Assembly (NCBI GenBank): GCA_028864975.1
Contig: JAGWLG010000028.1
Coordinates: 1-50,042, forward strand
Length of the DNA stretch: 50,042 bases
DNA from: Thermoplasmata archaeon
Lineage (GTDB): Archaea > Thermoplasmatota > Thermoplasmata > Lutacidiplasmatales > UBA184
Direction: 5' to 3'
Shown here: one piece after another, positions 35,856 through 44,665 of the stretch
Position numbering within the stretch: position 1 is the stretch's first letter
Layout: every line of letters starts with the position of its first letter
Translations under genes and position numbers: made by a program
The notes under the pieces: model-generated
The model's input: the letters and a program-made list of their open reading frames with translations, nothing else
Database searches by the model: none
What the model was told of the DNA's origin: nothing

Positions 35856-37487
35856 ATGGAGAGCTCGGTCGAACGGAAGGCTGCGGAAGGGGGGCCGGGG
35901 GAAGGCTCCGAGGGCCCGCTCCAGGTGTACAACCGCACGCTGGACCGGATCTGGGCGTTCATCGTGCACCGCACCGGGTTGGAGAAGTGGGCGCTGCGCC
36001 CGCAGCCGGAGTTCAGCTTCCGCCCCGCGTACTGGACGGGGGCGTTCGTCGCGAGCGCCTTCTTCCTCCAGATCGCGACCGGGCTGCTGCTGCTCGTCTA
36101 CTACGTCCCCTCGGCCTCGCCGGCAACGAGCGGAGCGGCCCCTCAGGCCTGGGCGACGACAAGCTACACCATCCACGACGTGCCGCTCGGACAGTTGATC
36201 CTCTCCGCCCACCTCTACGGAGCCTACGCCACCATCTTCCTCGGCTTCATCCACTTCTTCCGAGGCCTCTACGCGGGCGCGTACAAGCCCCCTCGAGAGC
36301 TCTCCTGGATGGTCGGCACCTTCCTGCTCGTCGCCATGCTCGGGATGGGCTTCACGGGCTACCTCCTCCCGTACACCGCCCTCTCCGTCGGCGCGACCGA
36401 CGTGGGGCTCGCGCTCGCCAGTTCGGTCCCGTCGGTGGGGCCGCTGCTGGTGAACCTCCTGCAGGGGGACGGGACCTACCAGGGCCTTCTGTCGAGGATG
36501 TTCGCCCTCCACGTCGTCATCCTCCCGGCGATGCTGGCCGCGCTGCTCTACGCCCACATCTCGCTCTTCGAGGTCCACGGGATCGCCCCGCCCGCCACCA
36601 GCGACCCGAAGGCCAAGCGGGTCCTGACGCCCGCGGACGACCGAAAGATGACGCCGTGGTTCCCTCGGGTCTTCCTCTACATGGTCAAGTGGGGGCTGAT
36701 CTACGTGGGGGTCCTCCTGTTCGTCGCGGCGGCCTGGCCCTCGAGGCTGGCCGCCTACTTCGGTTCGCAGAACCAGGCGGGGGCCTCGCCCGAGCCCGAC
36801 TGGTACTTCCTATGGATGTACAAGCTCGCGGACTTCCAGTACGTCTCGCCCCTGGTGGCCGTGGGGACGGTCACCGCGCTCGTCCTCTTCGTGCTCTTCC
36901 TTCCCTGGATCGAGCAGGTGCTGGGGGTGGTCCATCCGGGGCTCAAGGTGGGGCGAACGCATCCTCGCGACCGTCCCTTCCTGCTCTTCACCGGGAACTT
37001 CCTCCTCTCGCTGTTCGCCCTGCTCACCGTCTGGGGCGGGGTGATGCCCGGGGTCGTCGTCCCCGTCGCGATGTACGGTGCCTATCTTGGGGGGCTCGCC
37101 CTGTTCAACGCTGCGGTCATCGCCCTGTTCTATTCGCGGTACCGTCGAAGGTACCTCTTCCGTGTGCGTTTCGCGCTTCCCCGCGTCGCGAGGCTAGCCG
37201 ACCCAGGACATGGTGAGCAGGGGTCTGGAACGAAACCTGCTCAGGCCCCCCTACCCGCGCGGGGCGTCTCTTTCCGTCGGATGTGCTTCGGGGCGGTCTT
37301 GACCGCGGCGCTGCTGGTCCCCCTGGGGTACCTCCTCACCCTTCCCTCGCTCACGGGTCGTGTGGTGGAGCAGCATTTCGCGGTGGGGATGGGCGTGCTG
37401 GTGCTGGGGGTCGCTGCCCTCCTCCATCTACTAGAAGGCGCCTACGCTCCCGCGCGCGTCCTTCGTCCCCGGCCCGTGTCGGGCTGA
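35856..37487 (+). CDS. Cytochrome b (fused b + subunit IV, extra C-terminal TMs)
   Basis: Four heme His (SAHLYGA, FIHFFRG, ALHVV, YAHI), GFTGYLLP, and the Qo motif PDWY. Confidence 0.93.
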   Translation: MESSVERKAAEGGPGEGSEGPLQVYNRTLDRIWAFIVHRTGLEKWALRPQPEFSFRPAYWTGAFVASAFFLQIATGLLLLVYYVPSASPATSGAAPQAWATTSYTIHDVPLGQLILSAHLYGAYATIFLGFIHFFRGLYAGAYKPPRELSWMVGTFLLVAMLGMGFTGYLLPYTALSVGATDVGLALASSVPSVGPLLVNLLQGDGTYQGLLSRMFALHVVILPAMLAALLYAHISLFEVHGIAPPATSDPKAKRVLTPADDRKMTPWFPRVFLYMVKWGLIYVGVLLFVAAAWPSRLAAYFGSQNQAGASPEPDWYFLWMYKLADFQYVSPLVAVGTVTALVLFVLFLPWIEQVLGVVHPGLKVGRTHPRDRPFLLFTGNFLLSLFALLTVWGGVMPGVVVPVAMYGAYLGGLALFNAAVIALFYSRYRRRYLFRVRFALPRVARLADPGHGEQGSGTKPAQAPLPARGVSFRRMCFGAVLTAALLVPLGYLLTLPSLTGRVVEQHFAVGMGVLVLGVAALLHLLEGAYAPARVLRPRPVSG

Positions 37488-37546
37488 GCGCCGTGCACGA
37501 AGCTCTTACCGTTGGGTATCCCACGAGAGAGCTGAGCGTTATACGG

Positions 37547-37577
37547 CGTGCGAGGGTCTCGCACGTCGCCTTAAATA
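37547..37577 (+). promoter_or_regulatory. Perfect 8-bp inverted repeat (CGTGCGAG-GGT-CTCGCACG) immediately upstream of TATA-like TTAAATA (37571-37577)
   Basis: Read directly from the sequence. It could be a terminator of the cytochrome b operon or a regulator site for dnaG. Confidence 0.45.
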
Positions 37578-37783
37578 GCCCTCTTGAGATTTGTCGACCG
37601 ACAAGGCTAGGGCTAGGAGGACGCTGATCCTCGCGCCCCGCACTACGGAGATGATCTTCATGCTTACAGCGTGGTTCTTCCGCCGATCCGGGACGCGTCG
37701 GGATAGGACGTAGTCCTTCGGTCCTTCGCCGCTGTCGCCCTTCCCCTACCACGGGGAAGAAGAACACAGAGGAAAGGAACACC

Positions 37784-39139
37784 ATGAACGTAGATCCGAC
37801 CGCGACGAAATACATGATCCGAGCCCGCATCACGGCCGACGGCGTCATCGAGAAACCCGATGTCGTTGGCGCGGTCTTTGGACAGACCGAAGGGCTCCTG
37901 GGCGAGGAACTCGACCTGCGCGACCTGCAGAAGAGCGGCCGCGTGGGACGTATCGAAGTGGAGATCGACTCCCGGAAGGGGAAGAGCGAAGGGGAGGTCC
38001 TGATCCCCAGTTCCCTGGACCAGGTCGAGACCGCGATCCTGGCGAGCGGGCTCGAGACCGTCGACCGTATCGGGCCGTGCAAGGCCCGCATCGATGTCGT
38101 CGCTGTCGAGGACGTTCGGAAGGTCAAGCGCTCCAAGATCGTCGACCGGGCAAAGGCCATCCTCGCCGGCATGCAAGAGGAGGCCAAGGAGACCGGGAGC
38201 GACCTTGCAGAGGAGGTGCGCAGCGCGGTCCAGGTGGCGGACATCGTCACCTACGGGAAGGACCGCCTCCCCGCGGGGCCGAACATCGACACCTCCGACG
38301 CCATCATCGTGGTCGAAGGACGCTCCGATGTCCTGCAGCTGCTCCGCTGCGGCATCAAGAACGTCATTGCCGTCGAAGGGACGAGCGTCCCCGAGACGGT
38401 CAAGGAGCTCTCGCGGGGGAAGACCGTCACGGCCTTCACCGACGGGGACCGCTCGGGGGAGCTAATCCTTCGGGAGATGCTCCAGACCATGGACGTCGAC
38501 TTTGTCGCGCGCGCGCCGCGCGGCCAGGAGGTGGAGCAGCTTCCCTCCAAGGCCATCCTGAAGTGCCTGCGGAACAAGATCCCGATCGCCCAGTACCTCG
38601 AGATGACGGGGTTCGAGGCGACGGGCGCCACACGGGGCGGCGAAGGCCGCGGCGGTGGTGGCGGTGGCGGCGACCGGGAGGAAGGCCGCGGCGCTCCTCC
38701 CCAGCACCGGCGTGACGAGGGTGGAGAGCGACGTGGCCCCCCAGGGCCCCCTCCGGGTCGCGGACCGGGAGCGCCCCCTCCTGCGCGGGCCCCTCCCCCG
38801 CCCCCTCCTCCGCCCCCGATGTCGCCCCGTCTCTCCAAGCTCTTCTCGGACTTGACGCAGCTCGAGAACCCCTCGCGCGCCCGCCTCCTGGGCGACGGGG
38901 ATGCGGTGCTCGCGGAGATCCCGGCGAAGGACGTGGTCGATGCGCTGGGCCAGGCCCCTGTCCCGGTGAAGACGCTCATCTTCGACGGTGTCGTCAGCCA
39001 GCGGCTGCTCGACGTGGCCCAGGAGAAGGGCGTCGGCGAGCTCGTGGCCGTCCGAATGGGCGCGATCGGCAAGCTCCCCGAGGGGGTCCGGGTCTATACC
39101 CGGGCGGACCTCGGTCCGGGCGCCGGCCCCGGGGCGTAG
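37784..39139 (+). CDS. dnaG: Archaeal DnaG-like protein (TOPRIM; exosome-associated type)
   Basis: KPDVVGAVFGQTEGLLGEELDLRDLQKSGRVGRIEV, VEGRSDV, AFTDGDRSG. Confidence 0.96.
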   Translation: MNVDPTATKYMIRARITADGVIEKPDVVGAVFGQTEGLLGEELDLRDLQKSGRVGRIEVEIDSRKGKSEGEVLIPSSLDQVETAILASGLETVDRIGPCKARIDVVAVEDVRKVKRSKIVDRAKAILAGMQEEAKETGSDLAEEVRSAVQVADIVTYGKDRLPAGPNIDTSDAIIVVEGRSDVLQLLRCGIKNVIAVEGTSVPETVKELSRGKTVTAFTDGDRSGELILREMLQTMDVDFVARAPRGQEVEQLPSKAILKCLRNKIPIAQYLEMTGFEATGATRGGEGRGGGGGGGDREEGRGAPPQHRRDEGGERRGPPGPPPGRGPGAPPPARAPPPPPPPPPMSPRLSKLFSDLTQLENPSRARLLGDGDAVLAEIPAKDVVDALGQAPVPVKTLIFDGVVSQRLLDVAQEKGVGELVAVRMGAIGKLPEGVRVYTRADLGPGAGPGA

Positions 39140-39283
39140 GGAGCCTCCTCCCTTCGTCCTGGACGCGGGGGAGCTCCCGCTCCCCCGCGCGCTGCCCCGG
39201 GCCCGCCGGTGAGGACGTTACCTGCTCGCGGGCCCTCCCCGGGGACTTATACGGGGCAGCATGCTCGCTCATCGGGGGCCACC

Positions 39284-40840
39284 ATGAACGGACCCGCTAG
39301 CCCCTCGAAGGAGGCGCCGGCGCGCCGCCCTGCTTCCCTGGATGAGGTGGAGACCACCGCTTCCATCCCCATCCCCACGGACCCGCTCGAGAGGATCATC
39401 GGTCAGGAGCGGGCGGTCGAGCTCGCTCGCGTCGCGGCGTTCCAGCGCCGCCATCTCCTGCTCGTCGGACCCCCGGGGATCGGGAAGTCGATGACGGCGC
39501 AGGCGCTCTCGCTGCATCTTCCTCGCCCTCAACAGGAGGTCCGGGTCGTGCACAATCCGGAGCTCCACGAGCGACCCACGGTGGAGGTGGTCGCGCGCGA
39601 GGAGGTGCTCAAGGAGCGGGAGCGAACGCGGAACCTGGAGGGCGAGCTCATCCGCCCTCAAGACGCGCCCCCGAACATCGCCGAGCGGCTCGGGTACCGC
39701 TGCCCGCGATGCAGCTTCTATTCGACGCCCACGGACCGCACCTGTCCGTCCTGCGGGAACCTGAAACAGTTCCTCCCCTCGGGAAGCAGCGGGAACCCCT
39801 TCCGAGACCTCCTGGGGGGGATCCAGGAGGTGATGGTCGGCGGGGGTTCCGGGCTCTCCGACACGGTGCGCACGACGCGACTGCGCGATGGGGTCGAGGA
39901 GGTGGTCGCTTACGAACGAGCCGGGGAGAAGATCCGCATGCTGGACCAGCGGATGCTCGAGCATCGACGGCAGCTCCAGAAGGAGTCGCCCCGCAAGGTC
40001 CTCGCGAAGGTCGACCGCAATCCCTTCGTCATGGCCACGGGCGCGAGCGAGACCGAGCTGCTGGGGGACGTCCGCCACGACCCGTACGGGGGGCACCCGC
40101 AGCTGGGTTCCCTTCCTTACGAGCGGGTGATACCGGGGGCGGTCCACGAGGCTCACGAAGGGGTCCTCTTCATCGACGAGCTCCCCCACATCGGCCACCT
40201 CCAGCGCTTCATCCTCACCGCGATGCAGGAGAAGCGGTTCCCGATCACCGGGCGGAACCCCCAGAGCGGAGGGGCCTCCGTCCGGGTGGACAACGTCCCG
40301 TGCGATTTCATCCTGGTCGCGGCCTGCAACATCCAGGACGTGAACAAGATCCTATCGCCGCTGCGCTCCCGCATCGCGGGCGGGGGCTACGAGATCCTCC
40401 TCGAGACCTCCATGCCGGACACCGAGAGGAACCGGATGAAGCTCGTGCAGTTCTCGGCCCAGGAGATCGCCAACGACGGTCGGATCCCTCATGCCACGAA
40501 AGAGACCCTGGTCGAGTTCATCCAGGAGGCGCGACGGCGTGCGGAGCACATCGACAACGCCCATCATGCCCTCACCCTGAGGCTCCGGGAGATGGGCGGG
40601 TTGCTGCGGGCTGCCGGGGACCTCGCGACGGTCGAGCATGCTCCGATGATCGAGCTGGCCCACCTCAAGGAGGCGATCCACCGCGTCCGTCCGATCGAGG
40701 AGCAGATTAAGGAGCGCTACGGGTCGTTCCAGGGAGGGATCCGCTCGGACGCGACCGATGCTCAGCGCGAGAGCATGGGGTACTACTACTGGAACCAGCA
40801 CCCGACCTCCGGCGGCGGCGCGCCCAGCCCGTACGGGTGA
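39284..40840 (+). CDS. LonB-type AAA+ ATPase lacking the protease domain and TM hairpin, with a zinc-ribbon insert
   Basis: DPLERIIGQE, Walker A GPPGIGKS, ETELLGDVRHDPYGG, HEAHEGVLFIDE. CPRC...CPSC at 39701-39757. The ORF ends without a Lon Ser-Lys domain. TTATA at 39247-39251 supports ATG 39284. Confidence 0.88.
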   Translation: MNGPASPSKEAPARRPASLDEVETTASIPIPTDPLERIIGQERAVELARVAAFQRRHLLLVGPPGIGKSMTAQALSLHLPRPQQEVRVVHNPELHERPTVEVVAREEVLKERERTRNLEGELIRPQDAPPNIAERLGYRCPRCSFYSTPTDRTCPSCGNLKQFLPSGSSGNPFRDLLGGIQEVMVGGGSGLSDTVRTTRLRDGVEEVVAYERAGEKIRMLDQRMLEHRRQLQKESPRKVLAKVDRNPFVMATGASETELLGDVRHDPYGGHPQLGSLPYERVIPGAVHEAHEGVLFIDELPHIGHLQRFILTAMQEKRFPITGRNPQSGGASVRVDNVPCDFILVAACNIQDVNKILSPLRSRIAGGGYEILLETSMPDTERNRMKLVQFSAQEIANDGRIPHATKETLVEFIQEARRRAEHIDNAHHALTLRLREMGGLLRAAGDLATVEHAPMIELAHLKEAIHRVRPIEEQIKERYGSFQGGIRSDATDAQRESMGYYYWNQHPTSGGGAPSPYG

Positions 40841-41077
40841 CCTGCCGAGCCAAGAAGCTCCCACTCCGAAGGATTGAGAGGAGGACCGCTAGGGCACCTT
40901 CGGGTGAGCGGCCCCTGGCCGGTCCAGCACCTGCACTTCGGGCACATCATCTCCACCATCGGCCCGATGGCGCCTACCGCGAGCGTCCTACCGTCGAACG
41001 GAACCGCTCGGAAGGCGCAGTGCCCTCCGAGGAGTCGGCGCCCACCGGTCCGATCCTAGCGGAGCCGAAGCTCCCGC

Positions 41078-41938
41078 CTACGGCCCGGGCCCGTCTAGAA
41101 AGCTCAGGATCGCTTCGGCGGTCTCCTTGGGCTTCTCGATCTGGGGCATGTGGCCGCAGTTCTCGAGCACCGAGAGCTTCGCTCCCGGGATCCGTTTCAC
41201 GGCCGCCTCCCCGATCGAGACGTTGAACTGGACGTCCTGGCGACCCCAGATGAGGAGCGTGGGGCAGCGGATCTTCTCCAGGTTCTGGGCGAGGCTTGCG
41301 TCGTGCTTTCGGACCGCCATCCCGGCGGCGAGGTAGGGCTTGCGACGCGCGCGTGGGCCCCATTCCTCCCTGAGCTGGCGGACCCATCCGTCCTCGACGA
41401 ACTTCGGGTCGCAGAAGCAGGACTTTCCGAGGAACTTGCGCCACTTCTTCTCCGAAGGGGCGAAGAACATGGCCGGTAGGATGAGGGGAGTGTAGAGCCG
41501 GACCGTGGAGGAGGGGAAGGGGTGAACGAGCCCTGCAGGGTCGAGGAGGACCAGACGGTCGACCTTCTCCGGGAGGTCCAACGCCGCCATCGCGGAGAGC
41601 ATCCCTCCGATGGAGTTCCCAACGAGTCCCCACGTCGGACCTGGAAGCGTTCGGAGGAACGCTCCCACGATCTTTCGGTACCGTGCCATGGAGTGGTCCT
41701 TGTCGGGAATGGCGGCGGACCGGTGATGATCCGGCAGGTCGAGACGAACGATCGGATGGCGGGCCCCCAGCGCGTCAACGACATGGTCCCAGGTCTCCGC
41801 GCTCGCGATGTACCCGTGGATGAGGAGGAGGGGGAGGCCGGGAGATGCGCCCGCCGGAGGCGTGCTCGAGAGATACCGGATCTTGACGCCTTCCACTTCG
41901 ACGAACTTCTCTTCGACCGTCAACGGAGCTTCACCCAC
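41078..41938 (-). CDS. Alpha/beta hydrolase
   Basis: LIHGY oxyanion motif, nucleophile elbow GNSIGG, WGRQD, CGHMPQIE. Confidence 0.92.
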   Translation of the reverse strand: MGEAPLTVEEKFVEVEGVKIRYLSSTPPAGASPGLPLLLIHGYIASAETWDHVVDALGARHPIVRLDLPDHHRSAAIPDKDHSMARYRKIVGAFLRTLPGPTWGLVGNSIGGMLSAMAALDLPEKVDRLVLLDPAGLVHPFPSSTVRLYTPLILPAMFFAPSEKKWRKFLGKSCFCDPKFVEDGWVRQLREEWGPRARRKPYLAAGMAVRKHDASLAQNLEKIRCPTLLIWGRQDVQFNVSIGEAAVKRIPGAKLSVLENCGHMPQIEKPKETAEAILSFLDGPGP

Positions 41939-42035
41939 TCGCCTCGGCGCTCAAGCCCCCTGATGCGACCACCACAAAAGGACGATGGACGTGCTCCATC
42001 ATCCTTAAGGCGGAGAATCGTAGCTCGCCTCTCGC

Positions 42036-42108
42036 GGGCGCGTAGTCCAGCGGTTAAGACGTCTCCCTGACACGGAGAAGATCCCCAGTTCAAATCTGGG
42101 CGCGCCCA
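42036..42108 (+). tRNA. tRNA-Val: tRNA-Val(GAC), no intron, CCA not encoded
   Basis: Acceptor GGGCGCG/CGCGCCC, D-arm GTC..GAC, anticodon stem TCTCC/GGAGA with loop CTGACAC (GAC at 42069-42071), T-arm CCCAG-TTCAAAT-CTGGG. TTAAG lies about 27 nt upstream. Confidence 0.97.
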
Positions 42109-42111
42109 CTT

Positions 42112-42163
42112 CAGATTTGTATCGGTACCCGCACAAATCTGCCCGATTCGGATTGGTACCGAT
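42112..42163. repeat. Nested inverted repeats directly after the tRNA
   Basis: CAGATTTGT (42112-42120) / ACAAATCTG (42133-42141) and ATCGGTACC (42121-42129) / GGTACCGAT (42155-42163). Confidence 0.8.
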
Positions 42164-42266
42164 TCAAGTCCTTCGCTGACCCGCCCGCCCCTTGAAAGTG
42201 GAGGCGCGGGATCGGACCCTGATCGGGGGGGAACCCCCTCGTGGGCAACCGCCAGTGGTCGATCCA

Positions 42267-42866
42267 ATGACTCAACGCGGGGCTGCCATCCGGGCGTGGA
42301 CAACTCCGCCGAAGAATGCCAGGTGCGTGTTCCAGGGGAGGGTGTTCAGCGTCTACCGATGGCAGCTGAGGCTGTTCGACGGACGCCACGTGAGGAACGA
42401 GGCGGTATGGCGACCTGCGACAGTGAATGTCATCGTGACCGTCGGAAACAAGGTTCTGATGACCCCGGAACGGCAACCGGGAATCGCGGGGGGAGGATGG
42501 TACCAGGGCATGCCCGGAGGGCGCGCCAGGGAAGGCGAAACCCCGCTCCAAGGGGCCAAGCGGGAGCTTCTCGAGGAGACCGGGTATGCCTCCGAAGACT
42601 GGACCCTACTGTCCATCGATCCGGCCAGGCCCGTGACGCGTTGGGTGGTCTGGTGGTAGCTGGCGCGCGACGGCAAGAAGGCCGCGGTTCCGGCGACCCA
42701 CCCGAGCGAGATCGTCAAGGTGGAACAGGTGGACCTCGACGAGTTTCTGACCAGAGCTGTGCGGATCTTCGGCAACATCGTTACCAACTTCGCCGAGATG
42801 AAAGGAGACCGGCGGAAGCGGGCTACCTTCGCTCGGAAGGCGTACGGATCCCGGGCCGAGCGTTAG
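42267..42866 (+). pseudogene. NUDIX hydrolase interrupted by an in-frame TAG at codon 131
   Basis: Intact Nudix box PGGRAREGETPLQGAKRELLEETGY. TAG at 42657-42659, after which the frame continues LARDGKK...EIVKVEQVDLDEFL to TAG 42864-42866. Confidence 0.8.
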
Positions 42867-42935
42867 CCCGGGCCTACCCCGACTCGTCCTTCCCAGGCGG
42901 GTCTTGGCTAGGGTTGTACAGGAATCCATTAATCC

Positions 42936-42948
42936 TATTGAATCAATA
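42936..42948. promoter_or_regulatory. Perfect palindrome TATTGA-A-TCAATA, putative antitoxin operator
   Basis: Lies between ATTAAT (42928-42933) and ATG 42957 of the antitoxin. Confidence 0.55.
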
Positions 42949-42956
42949 TCTTGTCG

Positions 42957-43184
42957 ATGGCAACCACCCACGAAAGGGCGACCACGATCACGGTCCCCTT
43001 GCATGTGCGCGAACGGCTGCGTGACTATCAGACCGGAGGGAAGAGCGTGGCAGAGGCCATCGAGCACCTTATGGACGAGATCCCTCCTGATTACTTCCGC
43101 CGGGACATCCAACGCGCCTTGCTCGAGCGACCACGCATCAGCCTCAAGGAGTTCCGCAGGCGGTTCCGTCTGCCGGATCGTTAG
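42957..43184 (+). CDS. Putative RHH-type antitoxin
   Basis: TTITVPLHVRERL...KSVAEAIEHLM; 1-nt overlap (TAG/GTG) with the toxin gene. Confidence 0.75.
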   Translation: MATTHERATTITVPLHVRERLRDYQTGGKSVAEAIEHLMDEIPPDYFRRDIQRALLERPRISLKEFRRRFRLPDR

Positions 43185-43522
43185 TGTCTCGACTCACCTT
43201 CGGACCCCGAGCGGTCCAGTCCTTGCCCCTGCTCCCCCGCCGGGTGCAGCTATGCTTCAACCGAGCCTTCGAGGACATCGAGAAGAATCCGAGGTCTCCC
43301 ACACCAAATGCGAACGTCCATGCCCTCGAGGGCTACTCGAACGTCTGGACGCTCCGCTACCTCGAGAGGGGAGGTGGGTGGAGGGGGATCTACGCGATTG
43401 ACGGGCAAGAGGTCGTCTTCGTCGTGTTCGGTCATCGGAAGTCGGTCTATGCCCAGCTCCACGCACTCCTCCCGCCCGAAGGGGAGTACCTCTCGCGCAC
43501 CTCCGTCGAACGGCGGCGATGA
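43184..43522 (+). CDS. relE: RelE/ParE-family toxin
   Basis: VHALEG..VWTLR...GWRGIYAIDGQEVVFVVFGHRKSVY. Confidence 0.82.
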   Translation: MSRLTFGPRAVQSLPLLPRRVQLCFNRAFEDIEKNPRSPTPNANVHALEGYSNVWTLRYLERGGGWRGIYAIDGQEVVFVVFGHRKSVYAQLHALLPPEGEYLSRTSVERRR

Positions 43523-43557
43523 CCCCGGGAATCGGAGAGCTCGTGGCCTCTCGGTGA

Positions 43558-43622
43558 GAGATTTGAACTGGTACCGGTCCTAGAATGGGGGCGCCCATGC
43601 CGATACCCGCACAGATCTGCCC
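43558..43622. repeat. Internal att-like junction between the two cassettes
   Basis: 43558-43598 aligns ungapped with 45357-45397 (26/41). 43586-43598 matches the tRNA end 42097-42109 (11/13). 43604-43622 matches 42126-42144 (18/19). 43559-43571 is the exact reverse complement of tRNA 42085-42097. Confidence 0.75.
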
Positions 43623-43951
43623 TACCTGAGGGTCCTTGTGGCCCGTGATGCCGCTCAACGGCGCCTCCCAGCCCGCCGCGCGAGTGCCCCGGCCGAACGT
43701 CGCCGCTCGGACAAGACCGGACTGACAAATGGCGGCCGCAGCGCTCTCCTCCACGCCTCTCCCGGTCTCTCGTCTGGCCCGGCCTCCCTCCCTCGCGAGG
43801 TCGAACAAGGTCAGCCCTCGGCTTCCGGCTGCTGCTCGCGGCGGCCCAGTGGCCTGTGTCTTTCGCTCCGGGAACCCGCAGGGAGGTCAGGGCCGTGCCC
43901 CCCGTCCTCGAGTCGATCGAAAGCGCGGCGAGCGCTGGAGACGCTCTCAGC

Positions 43952-44308
43952 CTAGGCGCGTGGCGCCGCCAGGGGCCTGTCGCCAGCGTGGCCGCCGATC
44001 GACCGGTGGGGCCCTGCGAGGGCCCGCATGACCCTTACTCGCAGCTCGAGGGCGCGGCGTCCAAGGGGGCTCGTGGAGAAGACTTCCCTCCGGGCCTGCC
44101 GTACGTAGAAGCGGTCGATTAGTCCCCTGTCCTCGAGGTAGTCGATCACGCGGTAGAACTGCGTCGGATGAGAGATTCCGGCACGGTTCTGAAGTTCCGC
44201 ATCCGGGAGCGGGCCGCGAAGCGCCTCTTCCAAGACCCGGCCGGCCCGTTCATTCTCCTGAAGGAGGAGCCAGCCAAGCGCCTCCCGAAGGGGGTCAGCC
44301 TCAGGCAT
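43952..44308 (-). CDS. Small winged-helix (MarR/ArsR-like) DNA-binding protein
   Basis: RVLEEALRGPLPDAELQNRAGISHPTQFYRVIDYLEDRGLI...FSTSPLGRRAL. Start ATG 44308, with palindrome ACACTAGTGT at 44316-44325 just upstream. Confidence 0.75.
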   Translation of the reverse strand: MPEADPLREALGWLLLQENERAGRVLEEALRGPLPDAELQNRAGISHPTQFYRVIDYLEDRGLIDRFYVRQARREVFSTSPLGRRALELRVRVMRALAGPHRSIGGHAGDRPLAAPRA

Positions 44309-44431
44309 AGGATTCACACTAGTGTAAGTCGCCGGAGCGTAAGTACCGATAGGGGTGTGGACTCCACCCCTACGGTGCCTTGACAACAGCCTAATACCGC
44401 GCAGAGCACTCGCTTGAAAGAGGGAACCAGC

Positions 44432-44665
44432 ATGACCGACGGCGCCAGCCATGGGGGGCCGCCTCCCGAGAAGGACGCCGATGCGTCTTGGCTCTTCTCT
44501 CAGAACCTCTCGGTCTACGCCGGGGAATGGGTCGCAGTCCTTCGACGGCACATTCTCGCCCACGGCCCGAAGCTCAAGCAGGTCCGAGCGGAGGCCAAGG
44601 CAAAGGCGAAGGGAGAGCACCCCCTCTTCTACTCTGTGCCGACCGGCTTCACGGTGGGCCGGTAG
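44432..44665 (+). CDS. DUF5678-like small protein
   Basis: LSVYAGEWVAV....ILAHG..LKQVRAEA......PLFYSVP; abuts the protease gene. Confidence 0.75.
   Translation: MTDGASHGGPPPEKDADASWLFSQNLSVYAGEWVAVLRRHILAHGPKLKQVRAEAKAKAKGEHPLFYSVPTGFTVGR

Noticed and set aside
40786-40959. 57-aa minus-strand ORF starting MVEMMCPKCRCW (possible zinc-finger microprotein)
   Set aside because: Only one CxxC knuckle, no SD or TATA seen, and it overlaps the Lon-like gene end by 55 nt. Not supportable.
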